24,000 bases of DNA. Origin: Oscillospiraceae bacterium. GTDB taxonomy: Bacteria; Bacillota; Clostridia; Oscillospirales; Ruminococcaceae. Positions 1 to 7,287 of the stretch are shown in pieces. The stretch spans positions 10,323 through 34,322 of the forward strand of contig JAFSEU010000004.1 of NCBI GenBank assembly GCA_017435565.1. Reading direction: 5' to 3'. A program made the translations under genes and the position numbers. Under the pieces are notes generated by a model, which made no database searches, had not been told where the DNA came from, and was given only the letters and a program-made list of their open reading frames with translations. Numbering within the stretch: position 1 is the stretch's first letter; each line of letters begins with the position of its first letter.

Positions 1-378
1 AAGAATATTTACGGCTCGCAGAATTTTGATGCGCTAATTGATATGATAAAGCGCAAATGCGATGAAGAAGGCATTGAAGTTGAATTATTTCAATCCAATC
101 ACGAGGGTGTGATTGTTGACAAAATTCAGCAGGCATACGGCGTTTTCGACGGCATCGTCATAAACCCTGCGGCTTATACACACACAAGCGTTGCAATTTT
201 AGACGCTTTGAAAGCGGTAATGATACCCACTGTTGAAGTTCATATTTCCGATATTTCACAGCGTGAAGAATTCAGAAAATTCTCTTATGTTTCGCTTTAT
301 GCTTCAAAAACCATCGCCGGACACGGCTTTGACGGATATATCGAAGCAATCGACTGGTTAAAGAATAATATCAAATAA
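1..378 (+). CDS. aroQ: type II 3-dehydroquinate dehydratase; 5' end cut by the window edge
   Basis: The frame stays open from position 1 (KNIYGSQNFDALIDMIKRK...). Motifs typical of type II DHQase are present: QSNHEG, INPAAYTHTSVAILDA, EVHISDI..RE.FR. It sits directly upstream of a DAHP synthase, which gives shikimate pathway context. Confidence 0.9.
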   Translation, partial: KNIYGSQNFDALIDMIKRKCDEEGIEVELFQSNHEGVIVDKIQQAYGVFDGIVINPAAYTHTSVAILDALKAVMIPTVEVHISDISQREEFRKFSYVSLYASKTIAGHGFDGYIEAIDWLKNNIK

Positions 379-399
379 TTTTTTGGGAGGAATACTACT

Positions 400-1431
400 A
401 TGTCTATGAATTTTGAAAGAAAGCTTCCTATTCCTATGGAGGTAAAGGAAAAATACCCCGTAACCTACGAGGCATCCAAAACAAAGGAAAAAATCGACAG
501 AGAGATAGCTGCGGTTTTCAGAGGCGAATCTTCAAAGAAGATTCTTGTTATCGGACCCTGCTCGGCTGACCGTGAGGATGCGGTTTTTGAATATTGCACA
601 CGTTTGAAAAAAATGCAGGAAAAATGCGCTGACAAGCTCATTCTTATCCCCAGAATTTACACAAACAAGCCCAGAACTACAGGCGATGGCTACAAGGGTA
701 TGCTTCACCAGCCTGATCCAAACAAGCGTCCCGATCCCTTTAACGGTCTGCTTGCTATAAGAGCGCTTCACGCAAAAGTTCTTACAGAGCTTGGAATGCC
801 CACAGCTGACGAAATGCTTTATCCCGCAAACCACCGTTATCTTTCCGATTTGCTTTCATACGTTGCAGTTGGTGCACGTTCAAGCGAAAACCAGGAGCAC
901 AGACTTGTTTCCAGCGGATTTGATGTTCCCGTTGGTATGAAGAATCCCACAGGCGGCGACCTGTCCGTTATGATGAATTCAATCACCGCAGCTCAGCATG
1001 CGCACACATTCATTTACAGAGGCTGGGAAGTGAACACAAGCGGCAACGAGCTTTCGCACGCAATTTTGCGCGGATATATGAACAAGCACGGACAGAGCCT
1101 GCCCAATTATCACTATGAAGATTTGGCTCACCTTTGCGAAATGTATGCCAAGACCGACCTGAAGAATCCTGCTGTTATTGTTGATACAAACCACGCAAAT
1201 TCGGGCAAGAAATATGATGAACAGCCCAGAATCTGCAAGGAAGTTCTTCACTCATGCAGACACAACAGCGATATTGCAAAAATCGTTAAGGGCTTTATGA
1301 TTGAAAGCTATCTTGAAGACGGCTGCCAGAAAATCGGTGCAGAAGAGGTATTCGGCCAGTCGATTACAGACCCCTGCCTCGGCTGGGAAAAGACCGAAAA
1401 GCTCATAAACGACATTGCAGAGCTTGTTTAA
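400..1431 (+). CDS. aroG: 3-deoxy-7-phosphoheptulonate (DAHP) synthase, class I
   Basis: 343 aa. Contains VIGPCS and IYTNKPRTTGDGYKGMLHQPDP, comparable to the KPRTT..WKGLINDP block of class I DAHP synthases. GGGAGG Shine-Dalgarno lies 9 nt upstream of the ATG at 400. The paralog letter (F/G/H) cannot be decided from sequence. Confidence 0.85.
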   Translation: MSMNFERKLPIPMEVKEKYPVTYEASKTKEKIDREIAAVFRGESSKKILVIGPCSADREDAVFEYCTRLKKMQEKCADKLILIPRIYTNKPRTTGDGYKGMLHQPDPNKRPDPFNGLLAIRALHAKVLTELGMPTADEMLYPANHRYLSDLLSYVAVGARSSENQEHRLVSSGFDVPVGMKNPTGGDLSVMMNSITAAQHAHTFIYRGWEVNTSGNELSHAILRGYMNKHGQSLPNYHYEDLAHLCEMYAKTDLKNPAVIVDTNHANSGKKYDEQPRICKEVLHSCRHNSDIAKIVKGFMIESYLEDGCQKIGAEEVFGQSITDPCLGWEKTEKLINDIAELV

Positions 1432-1440
1432 AACGCAAAA

Positions 1441-1476
1441 AACCGGGAAGAAATTTCTTCTCGGTTTTGTTTTTTA
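1441..1476. terminator. intrinsic terminator, probably bidirectional, between the DAHP synthase gene and the convergent small gene
   Basis: Hairpin ACCGGGAAGAAA/TTTCTTCTCGGT with one G-T wobble. It is followed by TTTTGTTTTTT and preceded by an A-run (AAAACGCAAAAAA). Confidence 0.75.
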
Positions 1477-1489
1477 TACTCATTATATG

Positions 1490-1777
1490 TTAATCTGTAT
1501 ATTCAGTTATTCTTTCATCCAAAATCAGATACTGATAACGAAAGATTGAAACTTCAGATAATTTCAATTTGAATTTTCCATAAATAATATGTTGTTGCAT
1601 ATTTTCATCAATCAGAGTAATTGTCGCTTCATCTGCGAATAGATAACTGTTATCAAGTTTTGTTATTATTTCCAGAGTCTGAGTGTCAATCTTTTTTAAT
1701 TTCAAAACCTTTATAGTGTGACCATTGCAATTTATAGTAAAATGCTTTTTGATTTTTTCAAGCCTTTTATCTTTCAT
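1490..1777 (-). CDS. hypothetical small protein (95 aa), no recognisable family
   Basis: Strong RBS AAGAGGAGGG upstream of the ATG at 1777. It has its own consensus promoter (next feature). The region is AT-rich and the protein has no motif I recognise. Confidence 0.6.
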   Translation of the reverse strand: MKDKRLEKIKKHFTINCNGHTIKVLKLKKIDTQTLEIITKLDNSYLFADEATITLIDENMQQHIIYGKFKLKLSEVSIFRYQYLILDERITEYTD

Positions 1778-1811
1778 CTACAACACCCTCCTCTTAGTTC
1801 TAATCAAAACA

Positions 1812-1840
1812 ATTATACCATTGCAAATATTCAAAGTCAA
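1812..1840 (-). promoter_or_regulatory. sigma-70/SigA-type promoter for the small gene
   Basis: On the minus strand: TTGACT, 17 nt, TATAAT, with a TGg extended -10. The RBS and ATG at 1777 follow about 35 nt downstream. Confidence 0.65.
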
Positions 1841-1841
1841 C

Positions 1842-1886
1842 AAAAAACCGCCTATGATGCCCAATATGCACCATAAGCGGATTTTT
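1842..1886 (-). terminator. intrinsic terminator after murD
   Basis: Stem CCGCCTATG (1848-1856) pairs with CATAAGCGG (1872-1880), with one wobble. On the minus strand it is followed by TTTTTT (A-run 1842-1847 on plus). On the plus strand it is followed by ATTTTT. Confidence 0.65.
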
Positions 1887-1890
1887 AATC

Positions 1891-3270
1891 TTACAGCTCA
1901 TTTACAAGATCTTTGAAATGCTCGCCGCGCTTTTCAAAATTGGGGTATTTATCAAAGCTGGCGCAAGCGGGCGAAAGCGTTACAATATCGCCGCTTTGTG
2001 CAATATCCTGTGCGATATTTACTGCCTGTTCCATAGAATCGGCCTTGTATATGGGAAGCTTTTGAGCGCTGTAGCCTTCATATTCAACAACAACCTTTTC
2101 AATTTTTTCAGCAGTAGCGCCCATTAAAATCAGCGCTTTTGCATTATTATTCAAAGGCTCGGATAAAGGCTCAAACGGAATTTTCTTGTCATATCCGCCC
2201 ATTATGATAATCAGCTTCTGCGTAAATGCGTTAATGCCAGCCATTACTCTTGTGGGGCTTGTTGCAATGCTGTCATTATACCACTTAACGCCACCAGTTT
2301 CACGCACAAATTCAATTCTGTGCTCAACACCGCCGAAATTTTCGGCAACACGTCTGATAATCGCAATGGGCACCTCGCCCCATACGGCGGAAATTGCAGT
2401 CAAGTAGTTTTCTACATTGTGCATTCCGGGCAGACGTATCTGTGAGCTTGGCATAATCTCAGTAACAGTGCCTCTGTCATTATAGCAAATATATGAATCA
2501 TCACGCAAGAATGCGCCGTTTTCAACCTTATGATAACGAGAAAAAAGCGCTAAATCTCCTCTTACCTCATCATAAAAGCCCTTTGATATTTCATCATCGG
2601 CGTTGAAAATTGTTCTTGAGAATCCATCCTGATGAGCAAAAACATTCTTCTTGCAGGCAATATATTCATCCATAGTGCCGTGAACGTCAAGATGATTCGG
2701 AGTGATATTGGTAATTACCGCAACATCGGGTGATTTTCTCATTGAGATAAGCTGAAAGCTTGAAAGCTCCACAACTGCGCAGTCATCTTCAGAAATTTCT
2801 TCAACAATGGGCAAAAGTGCTCTGCCGATGTTTCCGCCCTTGTGAACTGTCTTTCCCGCTTCTTTAAGAAACTCGGAAATCAGCGTGGTTGTTGTGGTTT
2901 TGCCGTCCGAACCTGTTACAGCATAGATTTTGCAGGGGCAGACCTTGAAGAACATTTCCATTTCAGACGTTACCACAACGCCGTTTTTCAAAGCATTCTG
3001 AAGCTTTTCGTTGTTAAAATACATTCCCGGCGTTCTGAAAACAACATCAAAATCACAAAGACTATCAAGATAATCATCGCCAAGAATGAATTTTGCGCCT
3101 TCGTTTGAAAACTCTTCATAGATATCGCCCAAGTCAACAGCGCATTTTCTGTCACATACAGTGACATCAAAGCCTTTTTTCAAAAACAGCCTGATAAGGT
3201 CGTTGTGGCTGACCCCTGTGCCTATCATGGCTATTTTTTTGGATTCAAGGCAGGAAAACGGATTATTCAA
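1891..3270 (-). CDS. murD: UDP-N-acetylmuramoyl-L-alanine--D-glutamate ligase
   Basis: 459 aa. N-terminal Rossmann-like IGTGVS...VTVCD, Mur-ligase P-loop VTGSDGKTTTTTL, GGNIG, NITPNHLD. The start is TTG at 3270, with AAGGAG 8 nt upstream. Confidence 0.9.
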   Translation of the reverse strand: MNNPFSCLESKKIAMIGTGVSHNDLIRLFLKKGFDVTVCDRKCAVDLGDIYEEFSNEGAKFILGDDYLDSLCDFDVVFRTPGMYFNNEKLQNALKNGVVVTSEMEMFFKVCPCKIYAVTGSDGKTTTTTLISEFLKEAGKTVHKGGNIGRALLPIVEEISEDDCAVVELSSFQLISMRKSPDVAVITNITPNHLDVHGTMDEYIACKKNVFAHQDGFSRTIFNADDEISKGFYDEVRGDLALFSRYHKVENGAFLRDDSYICYNDRGTVTEIMPSSQIRLPGMHNVENYLTAISAVWGEVPIAIIRRVAENFGGVEHRIEFVRETGGVKWYNDSIATSPTRVMAGINAFTQKLIIIMGGYDKKIPFEPLSEPLNNNAKALILMGATAEKIEKVVVEYEGYSAQKLPIYKADSMEQAVNIAQDIAQSGDIVTLSPACASFDKYPNFEKRGEHFKDLVNEL

Positions 3271-3289
3271 AATATTATCTCCTTTAAAA

Positions 3290-3901
3290 TCAGATTCCGA
3301 ACAGAGTGTTCATAATTTCCTGTGCGATGAAAAGATGTCCCATATCGGTAGGATGAACACCATCTGCAGCAAGTGCTTCGGGAGAAAGCTTTATAGCAAG
3401 TGAAGCCATTTTGCCATCCATCGGAATATAATAATCGGCAAACTCAGCAGCCAGTTCTCTTACAGCCTGAATCTTCGGATCAAGGTCAACTCTCCAATCC
3501 TTTCTGTCTGCAGGATAAGGCAGAACAAACGGCTCAATCATAAGAATTTCTGCATTGGGACATTCTTCCTTGAAGCTTGTTAAAATTCTGCGGTAGCAAT
3601 CATAAAATTCCTGCGCTGTTGTTTCGTCATTGCTGTCAAATCTGCGCCAGGTATCGTTAATGCCGATAAGAATGCTGAGAAGGTCGGGCTTGATATCCAG
3701 ACAGTCTTCCTTCCAGCGTGCTTCAAGGTCGCACACTCTGTTTCCGCTGATGCCCTTGTTGATAACCTCGATATCATCGGATTGAAGGCCCAAACGCACC
3801 AGATCCTTGAAATATCTGGGATACCCGTAACCGAGGTTATAAAAATCCTCATATGTTCTGCCAGCGTCGGTAATGCTGTCGCCGATAAACAATATTTTCA
3901 T
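3290..3901 (-). CDS. SGNH/GDSL-family hydrolase (lipase/acylhydrolase-like)
   Basis: Block I FIGDSITD, block III LIGINDTW, block V DGVHPTDMGH (DxxH). It lies 19 nt upstream of murD on the same strand. Confidence 0.85.
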   Translation of the reverse strand: MKILFIGDSITDAGRTYEDFYNLGYGYPRYFKDLVRLGLQSDDIEVINKGISGNRVCDLEARWKEDCLDIKPDLLSILIGINDTWRRFDSNDETTAQEFYDCYRRILTSFKEECPNAEILMIEPFVLPYPADRKDWRVDLDPKIQAVRELAAEFADYYIPMDGKMASLAIKLSPEALAADGVHPTDMGHLFIAQEIMNTLFGI

Positions 3902-3943
3902 AAAAATTTACCTCACTTAATATAATATTTTTCCATAGGTTTA

Positions 3944-3973
3944 ATTATAACTCTTAATCGTGTTTGTTGTCAA
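3944..3973 (-). promoter_or_regulatory. SigA-type promoter for the SGNH-murD unit
   Basis: Minus strand: TTGACA, 18 nt, TATAAT, located upstream of the ATG at 3901. Confidence 0.55.
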
Positions 3974-4011
3974 CAAGTATTTGTCAGCTTTTCATTCTTT
4001 TTCATAGCATC

Positions 4012-4040
4012 TTGACAACGACCCGCCGCTATGATAATAT
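4012..4040 (+). promoter_or_regulatory. SigA-type promoter for the lipoprotein gene
   Basis: TTGACA (4012-4017), 17 nt, TAATAT (4035-4040), divergent from the SGNH promoter. Confidence 0.55.
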
Positions 4041-4063
4041 GAAAGAAAAAGGAGATGATACCT

Positions 4064-4648
4064 ATGAAAACACTGTCAAAACTCGCACTGTCCGCACTGC
4101 TTTTTGTTTCGGCGTTTACTTTCATAGCGTGCGATAAAAAGCAGGATTCTTCGTCTTTATCAGATAGCGGCAGCAAGCTGTCTGCTGAAAGTCTTGAGCT
4201 TTCGCAATTCAACGACGTAAGCTTTGACATAAGCGCTATCGAACCAACTGAGGTTGCGAATGCAGGTGCTTTTTCGTCACCCGACACACCGACACCGTAT
4301 TATATATATGACAGCGTATATATAACTATGGACAAGACCGATTACAAAGCTGATGAAACGCTTGAATATACATTACATAACGAAACAGAAAATGAGATCG
4401 GCGGCTCTGACTATTATCAGCTTGAGGTTTTAATCGACGAGAATTGGTATGTAATTCCCAGAAAAAGTATGATGGATATAGCTTCGATAATATCGACGGG
4501 CGAATCTGTAAAGCACATTAACTTAGGTAACCTCTGTGAAGATTTTGCAAAAGGGCAATACAGAATTATTTTTAACTATGATATGGGCGATGCAGGTGAA
4601 ATATGTACGAGCTTAATCGCCTGTGCAGAATTTAATATTATTGACTGA
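4064..4648 (+). CDS. putative secreted lipoprotein, function unknown
   Basis: Signal peptide MKTLSKLALSALLFVSAFTFIAC with a lipobox-like FIAC, followed by a Ser/Asp-rich linker. AAGGAG at 4049-4054 favours the ATG at 4064 over the ORF-track ATG at 4055. Confidence 0.7.
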   Translation: MKTLSKLALSALLFVSAFTFIACDKKQDSSSLSDSGSKLSAESLELSQFNDVSFDISAIEPTEVANAGAFSSPDTPTPYYIYDSVYITMDKTDYKADETLEYTLHNETENEIGGSDYYQLEVLIDENWYVIPRKSMMDIASIISTGESVKHINLGNLCEDFAKGQYRIIFNYDMGDAGEICTSLIACAEFNIID

Positions 4649-4654
4649 AAAAAG

Positions 4655-4690
4655 TCCTCTGAGATGCAAAAATTCTCAGAGGATTTTTTG
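4655..4690 (+). terminator. intrinsic terminator after the lipoprotein gene
   Basis: Perfect 10-bp stem TCCTCTGAGA/TCTCAGAGGA followed by TTTTTTG. Confidence 0.85.
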
Positions 4691-4743
4691 TTCATAACCG
4701 CCCATTTGCGTGAATATCCTTATACAAAAGAGGTGCGCATATT

Positions 4744-5331
4744 ATGATGAAATGGGTTTTTGGACTTATAATAATTTTTTCGGTGTTCTGCAGCTTATTC
4801 ACGGGCAACACGGGCAATGTTACAAATGCTCTGCTCGAGGAAGGTGTGAATGCACTCGAATTATGCATTTACCTCACAGGTGGGATGTGCGTCTGGGGCG
4901 GATTGATGAGAATTGCCGAAAAATCGGGAATTACCGATGCATTTTCTAAAATGTTCAGACCAATCGGCAAGCGGCTTTTTCACAATATAGATACTGATTC
5001 AAAAGCATTCTCAGCCATTACAATGAACATTGCCGCAAACCTTTTCGGGCTCGGAAACGCCGCAACTCCTTTGGGACTTAAAGCTATGCGTGAGCTTGAA
5101 AAAAACGATGGCGAAAGCGAATCGGCAAGCGACAATATGATAATCTTCACAGTTTTAAACACAGCATCAATCACGCTGATTCCGACAACCGTGGCATCGT
5201 TGCGCTTAAAATACGGAGCGCATAACCCTATGGATATTCTGCCTGCGGTGCTCATTTCATCGGCAATTTCGCTGTGCATCTCACTTACAACAGCAAAGCT
5301 TTTATGCGCAAAAAGAGGAAAAAACAAATGA
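4744..5331 (+). CDS. spmA: spore maturation protein A (nucleoside-recognition/Gate domain membrane protein)
   Basis: Multi-TM protein containing NIAANLFGLGNAATPLGLKAMRELEK, which is typical of SpmA. AAGAGGTG RBS. Its end overlaps the next gene by 4 nt (ATGA). Confidence 0.8.
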   Translation: MMKWVFGLIIIFSVFCSLFTGNTGNVTNALLEEGVNALELCIYLTGGMCVWGGLMRIAEKSGITDAFSKMFRPIGKRLFHNIDTDSKAFSAITMNIAANLFGLGNAATPLGLKAMRELEKNDGESESASDNMIIFTVLNTASITLIPTTVASLRLKYGAHNPMDILPAVLISSAISLCISLTTAKLLCAKRGKNK

Positions 5332-5855
5332 GCATTACTTCATACATAATGCCCATTACAGCAGCGTTGATTCTCACAATCGGGCTTTTTAAAAAGGTCG
5401 ATATATTCGATGAATTCATAAAAGGCGCAAGGGAAAACCTGAAGACAGGCATTGAGATTTGCCCTGCGCTGATAACGCTTGTTCTGACCATCGGAATCTT
5501 CCGCCAATCAGGTGCGCTGGATATTTTAACACAGCTTATTTCCCCTTTATGCGCAAGAATCGGCTACCCTGCCGAGTGTATTGCCTTAGCAATGATTCGG
5601 CCTATTTCGGGCAGCGGCGCTACTGCTGTTTTTGAAGATATACTGAGCAACTGCGGTGCTGAAAGCTTTGCATCGAGAGTTGCCGCCGTAATGATGGGTT
5701 CATCCGAAACGACCTTCTACACAATTGCTGTATATTTCAGCGTGACCAAAGTCAAAAGGTTGCGTCACACTCTTTTTTGCTCACTTTTAGGTGATTTTGC
5801 CTGTTTTATTGCGAGCTTTGTGCTCGTTAATATGTTATATTCTATAAATTTTTGA
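5328..5855 (+). CDS. spmB: spore maturation protein B
   Basis: The start at 5328 (MSITSY...) overlaps the spmA stop (ATGA). Membrane protein with an IRPISGSGATAVF motif. The spmA-spmB pairing is classical in endospore formers. The ORF-track start at 5274 would overlap spmA by 58 nt and is less likely. Confidence 0.8.
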   Translation: MSITSYIMPITAALILTIGLFKKVDIFDEFIKGARENLKTGIEICPALITLVLTIGIFRQSGALDILTQLISPLCARIGYPAECIALAMIRPISGSGATAVFEDILSNCGAESFASRVAAVMMGSSETTFYTIAVYFSVTKVKRLRHTLFCSLLGDFACFIASFVLVNMLYSINF

Positions 5856-5871
5856 AATAAGAAAAAAATGC

Positions 5872-5900
5872 TTGACAAGTGAATCTCGATTTGATATAAT
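5872..5900 (+). promoter_or_regulatory. consensus SigA promoter for tRNA-Lys
   Basis: TTGACA (5872-5877), exactly 17 nt, TATAAT (5895-5900), ending 10 nt before the tRNA 5' end. Confidence 0.8.
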
Positions 5901-5910
5901 TAATCTGTTC

Positions 5911-5986
5911 GAGATATTAGCTCAGTTGGCAGAGCATTTGACTTTTAATCAAAGGGTCCGGGGTTCGAATCCCCGATGTCTCACCA
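5911..5986 (+). tRNA. tRNA-Lys (anticodon UUU) with encoded CCA
   Basis: Hand-folded cloverleaf. Acceptor GAGATAT/ATGTCTC (one G-T). D stem GCTC/GAGC. Anticodon stem TTTGA/TCAAA with loop CTTTTAA (anticodon TTT). T stem CGGGG/CCCCG with loop TTCGAAT. Discriminator A followed by CCA. Confidence 0.93.
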
Positions 5987-6351
5987 TAAGCTTTTCGTAC
6001 ACTGCAAAATTTCAATTTCAAAAAATTGGAACTTTGCGGTGCGCGAAGCTTTGTTTTTTGTGATTATTTTTATCTATAATTAAATCGTGAGGAACAGATG
6101 ATGAATATCCCCTATCCCTCACGATATCTCAAACAATTAATTATATCCTATTAATCACAAAGCGCAACAAGTGCGAGTTGTATGCGATTTAGGGAATCCC
6201 CTGCGCGTTCTCCCGTTCTTCTTCTCATTCGGCATTAGCCGAACACGGATATTGGGTTTTGCTAAACTGCTTTTACGCCGTTATGCAGCTTCTGATATTA
6301 AGTTGGGTATTAAAAAAATCAAGCCCTCGACATCGGCACAACATCGAGGAC

Positions 6352-6380
6352 TTGACAAATGTATTTCAATGTGGTAATGT
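6352..6380 (+). promoter_or_regulatory. orphan promoter-like element P1 in the non-coding stretch
   Basis: TTGACA (6352-6357), 17 nt, TAATGT (6375-6380), with a TGg extended -10. No credible ORF lies downstream. A 13-bp hairpin (6438-6450 / 6458-6470, one wobble) lies about 55 nt downstream. Confidence 0.35.
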
Positions 6381-6504
6381 TAACCACAAGGAATCCTTGC
6401 TAAGTCATTCAGATGTTTGCGCATCTGTCTGATTATGAATCACAAGCTGTTTACCAGACAGTTTGTGATTTGCATGATTTTTCTATATTATATACCGCTG
6501 AAAC

Positions 6505-6533
6505 TTGACTGTCAAGTCCTCAGAGTATATAAT
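6505..6533 (+). promoter_or_regulatory. orphan promoter-like element P2
   Basis: TTGACT (6505-6510), 17 nt, TATAAT (6528-6533). Confidence 0.45.
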
Positions 6534-6539
6534 TTTTAA

Positions 6540-6604
6540 ATTTAAGAGATTTTATCTCCATCAAATCCCTTCGCATTAGATAGCTGCGGAGGGATTTTTC
6601 TTTG
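6540..6604 (+). ncRNA. candidate ~60-nt small RNA (P2 to intrinsic terminator)
   Basis: The predicted start is about 6540. A small hairpin GAGAT-TTT-ATCTC is followed by a terminator hairpin AAATCCCTTCGC (6563-6574) / GCGGAGGGATTT (6586-6597), one wobble, running into TTTTTCTTT. There is no ORF. The call rests on sequence pattern only. Confidence 0.3.
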
Positions 6605-6630
6605 CGACAACGTGTTCTTTTGAACTTTAG

Positions 6631-6723
6631 AAAACGTGTCCATTTGGACACGAATTGACGAATATTATAAAATGTACGTTTGTGATTTGTGCAAAGCGTT
6701 CAAAACGTGTCCAAATGGACACG
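6631..6723 (+). repeat. 93-bp direct repeat, copy A, with two GTGTCCA-N2-TGGACAC palindromes
   Basis: It aligns without gaps to 7288-7380, with 18 mismatches in 93 by hand count; the last 23 nt are identical. The palindromes are CGTGTCCATTTGGACACG near 6635-6652 and CGTGTCCAAATGGACACG near 6705-6722. Confidence 0.85.
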
Positions 6724-6736
6724 TTTATTAAAATAC

Positions 6737-7003
6737 TCAGTTATAGACTTCACGTCTGTGCCCCACAGATAACGCTAAAATAACCAATTTTTCATCTTCA
6801 ATACAACAAATCAGCCGATAATCTCCGATACGGTATCTCCACTGTCCGCTTCTGTTGGCGGTTAAACCTTTGCCGTGCTGCCTCGGATTTTCGCAATCAA
6901 TCAAATTCTTTTGAATCCACGCTTTAATCATCTTTTGCGTGTATTTATCAAGCTTTTTAAACTCTCTGTCAAATACAGCTGTGGTTTCGACCCTGTATGT
7001 CAT
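6737..7003 (-). CDS. type II toxin, RelE/ParE superfamily
   Basis: 88 aa with the characteristic C-terminal pattern WRYRIGDYRLICCIEDEKLVILALSVGHRREVY. It overlaps the upstream antitoxin gene by 4 nt. Confidence 0.88.
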   Translation of the reverse strand: MTYRVETTAVFDREFKKLDKYTQKMIKAWIQKNLIDCENPRQHGKGLTANRSGQWRYRIGDYRLICCIEDEKLVILALSVGHRREVYN

Positions 7004-7221
7004 AAATCAAGTTCCTTCCAAAGCTGCTCGATAGGTACGCTCTTTTTACCGCTTTTCAGATATTCGTTATAGGCTTCATCTGCAACTGTTATATCATATT
7101 CGTCCTCGATTTTTTCAAACAAAGCCCTCTTAAACGCTTCTCCAAGCGACATAGAATGAAGTTTAGCGTAGCTCTCAGCCAATTTTTTTTCCTGTTCAGT
7201 CAGTCTGATAGAAAATGCCAT
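7000..7221 (-). CDS. type II antitoxin, ribbon-helix-helix (RelB/ParD-like)
   Basis: 73 aa. The N-terminal SIRLTEQEKKLAESYAKLHSMSLGEAFKRALFEKI fits an RHH fold and the C-terminus is acidic. ATGA overlap with the toxin gene. Confidence 0.8.
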   Translation of the reverse strand: MAFSIRLTEQEKKLAESYAKLHSMSLGEAFKRALFEKIEDEYDITVADEAYNEYLKSGKKSVPIEQLWKELDL

Positions 7222-7239
7222 AATATCAGCCCCTTTCTT

Positions 7240-7274
7240 TAGTACATTGTACTATACATTATGCCGCTTGTCAA
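7240..7274 (-). promoter_or_regulatory. TA operon promoter with an overlapping palindromic operator
   Basis: Minus strand: TTGACA (7269-7274), 17 nt, TACAAT (7246-7251). The perfect palindrome TAGTACA-T-TGTACTA (7240-7254) covers the -10, as expected for antitoxin autoregulation. Confidence 0.65.
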
Positions 7275-7287
7275 GCGCATTATCATA

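Noticed and set aside
532-1251. Minus-strand ORFs of 90-100 aa inside the DAHP synthase gene, and similar shadow ORFs inside the murD, SGNH, spmA and spmB genes.
   Set aside because: They are antisense to well-supported conserved genes and have no independent signals.
5872-6063. 63-aa plus-strand ORF.
   Set aside because: It runs straight through the tRNA-Lys gene and its promoter. The tRNA cloverleaf explains the sequence.
6192-6215. Partial resemblance (GGGAATCCCC..TCTCCC) to the tRNA-Lys 3' end (GGTTCGAATCCCCGATGTCTCACC), possibly a decayed att repeat.
   Set aside because: Only an 8-nt exact core plus scattered matches. This is too weak to tell from chance without alignment statistics or comparison with the far end of the element.
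6171-6377. 68-aa ORF in the non-coding stretch after the tRNA.
   Set aside because: It has no RBS. Its composition is Arg/Leu/Phe-rich and not protein-like, and it overlaps hairpins and the promoter-like element P1.
6413-6508. 31-aa mini-ORF (MFAHLSDYESQAVYQTVCDLHDFSILYTAET) downstream of promoter-like element P1.
   Set aside because: The nearest SD-like AAGGAA is about 20 nt upstream, which is too far. The ORF spans the 13-bp hairpin. Treating it as coding is not supportable without ribosome profiling.
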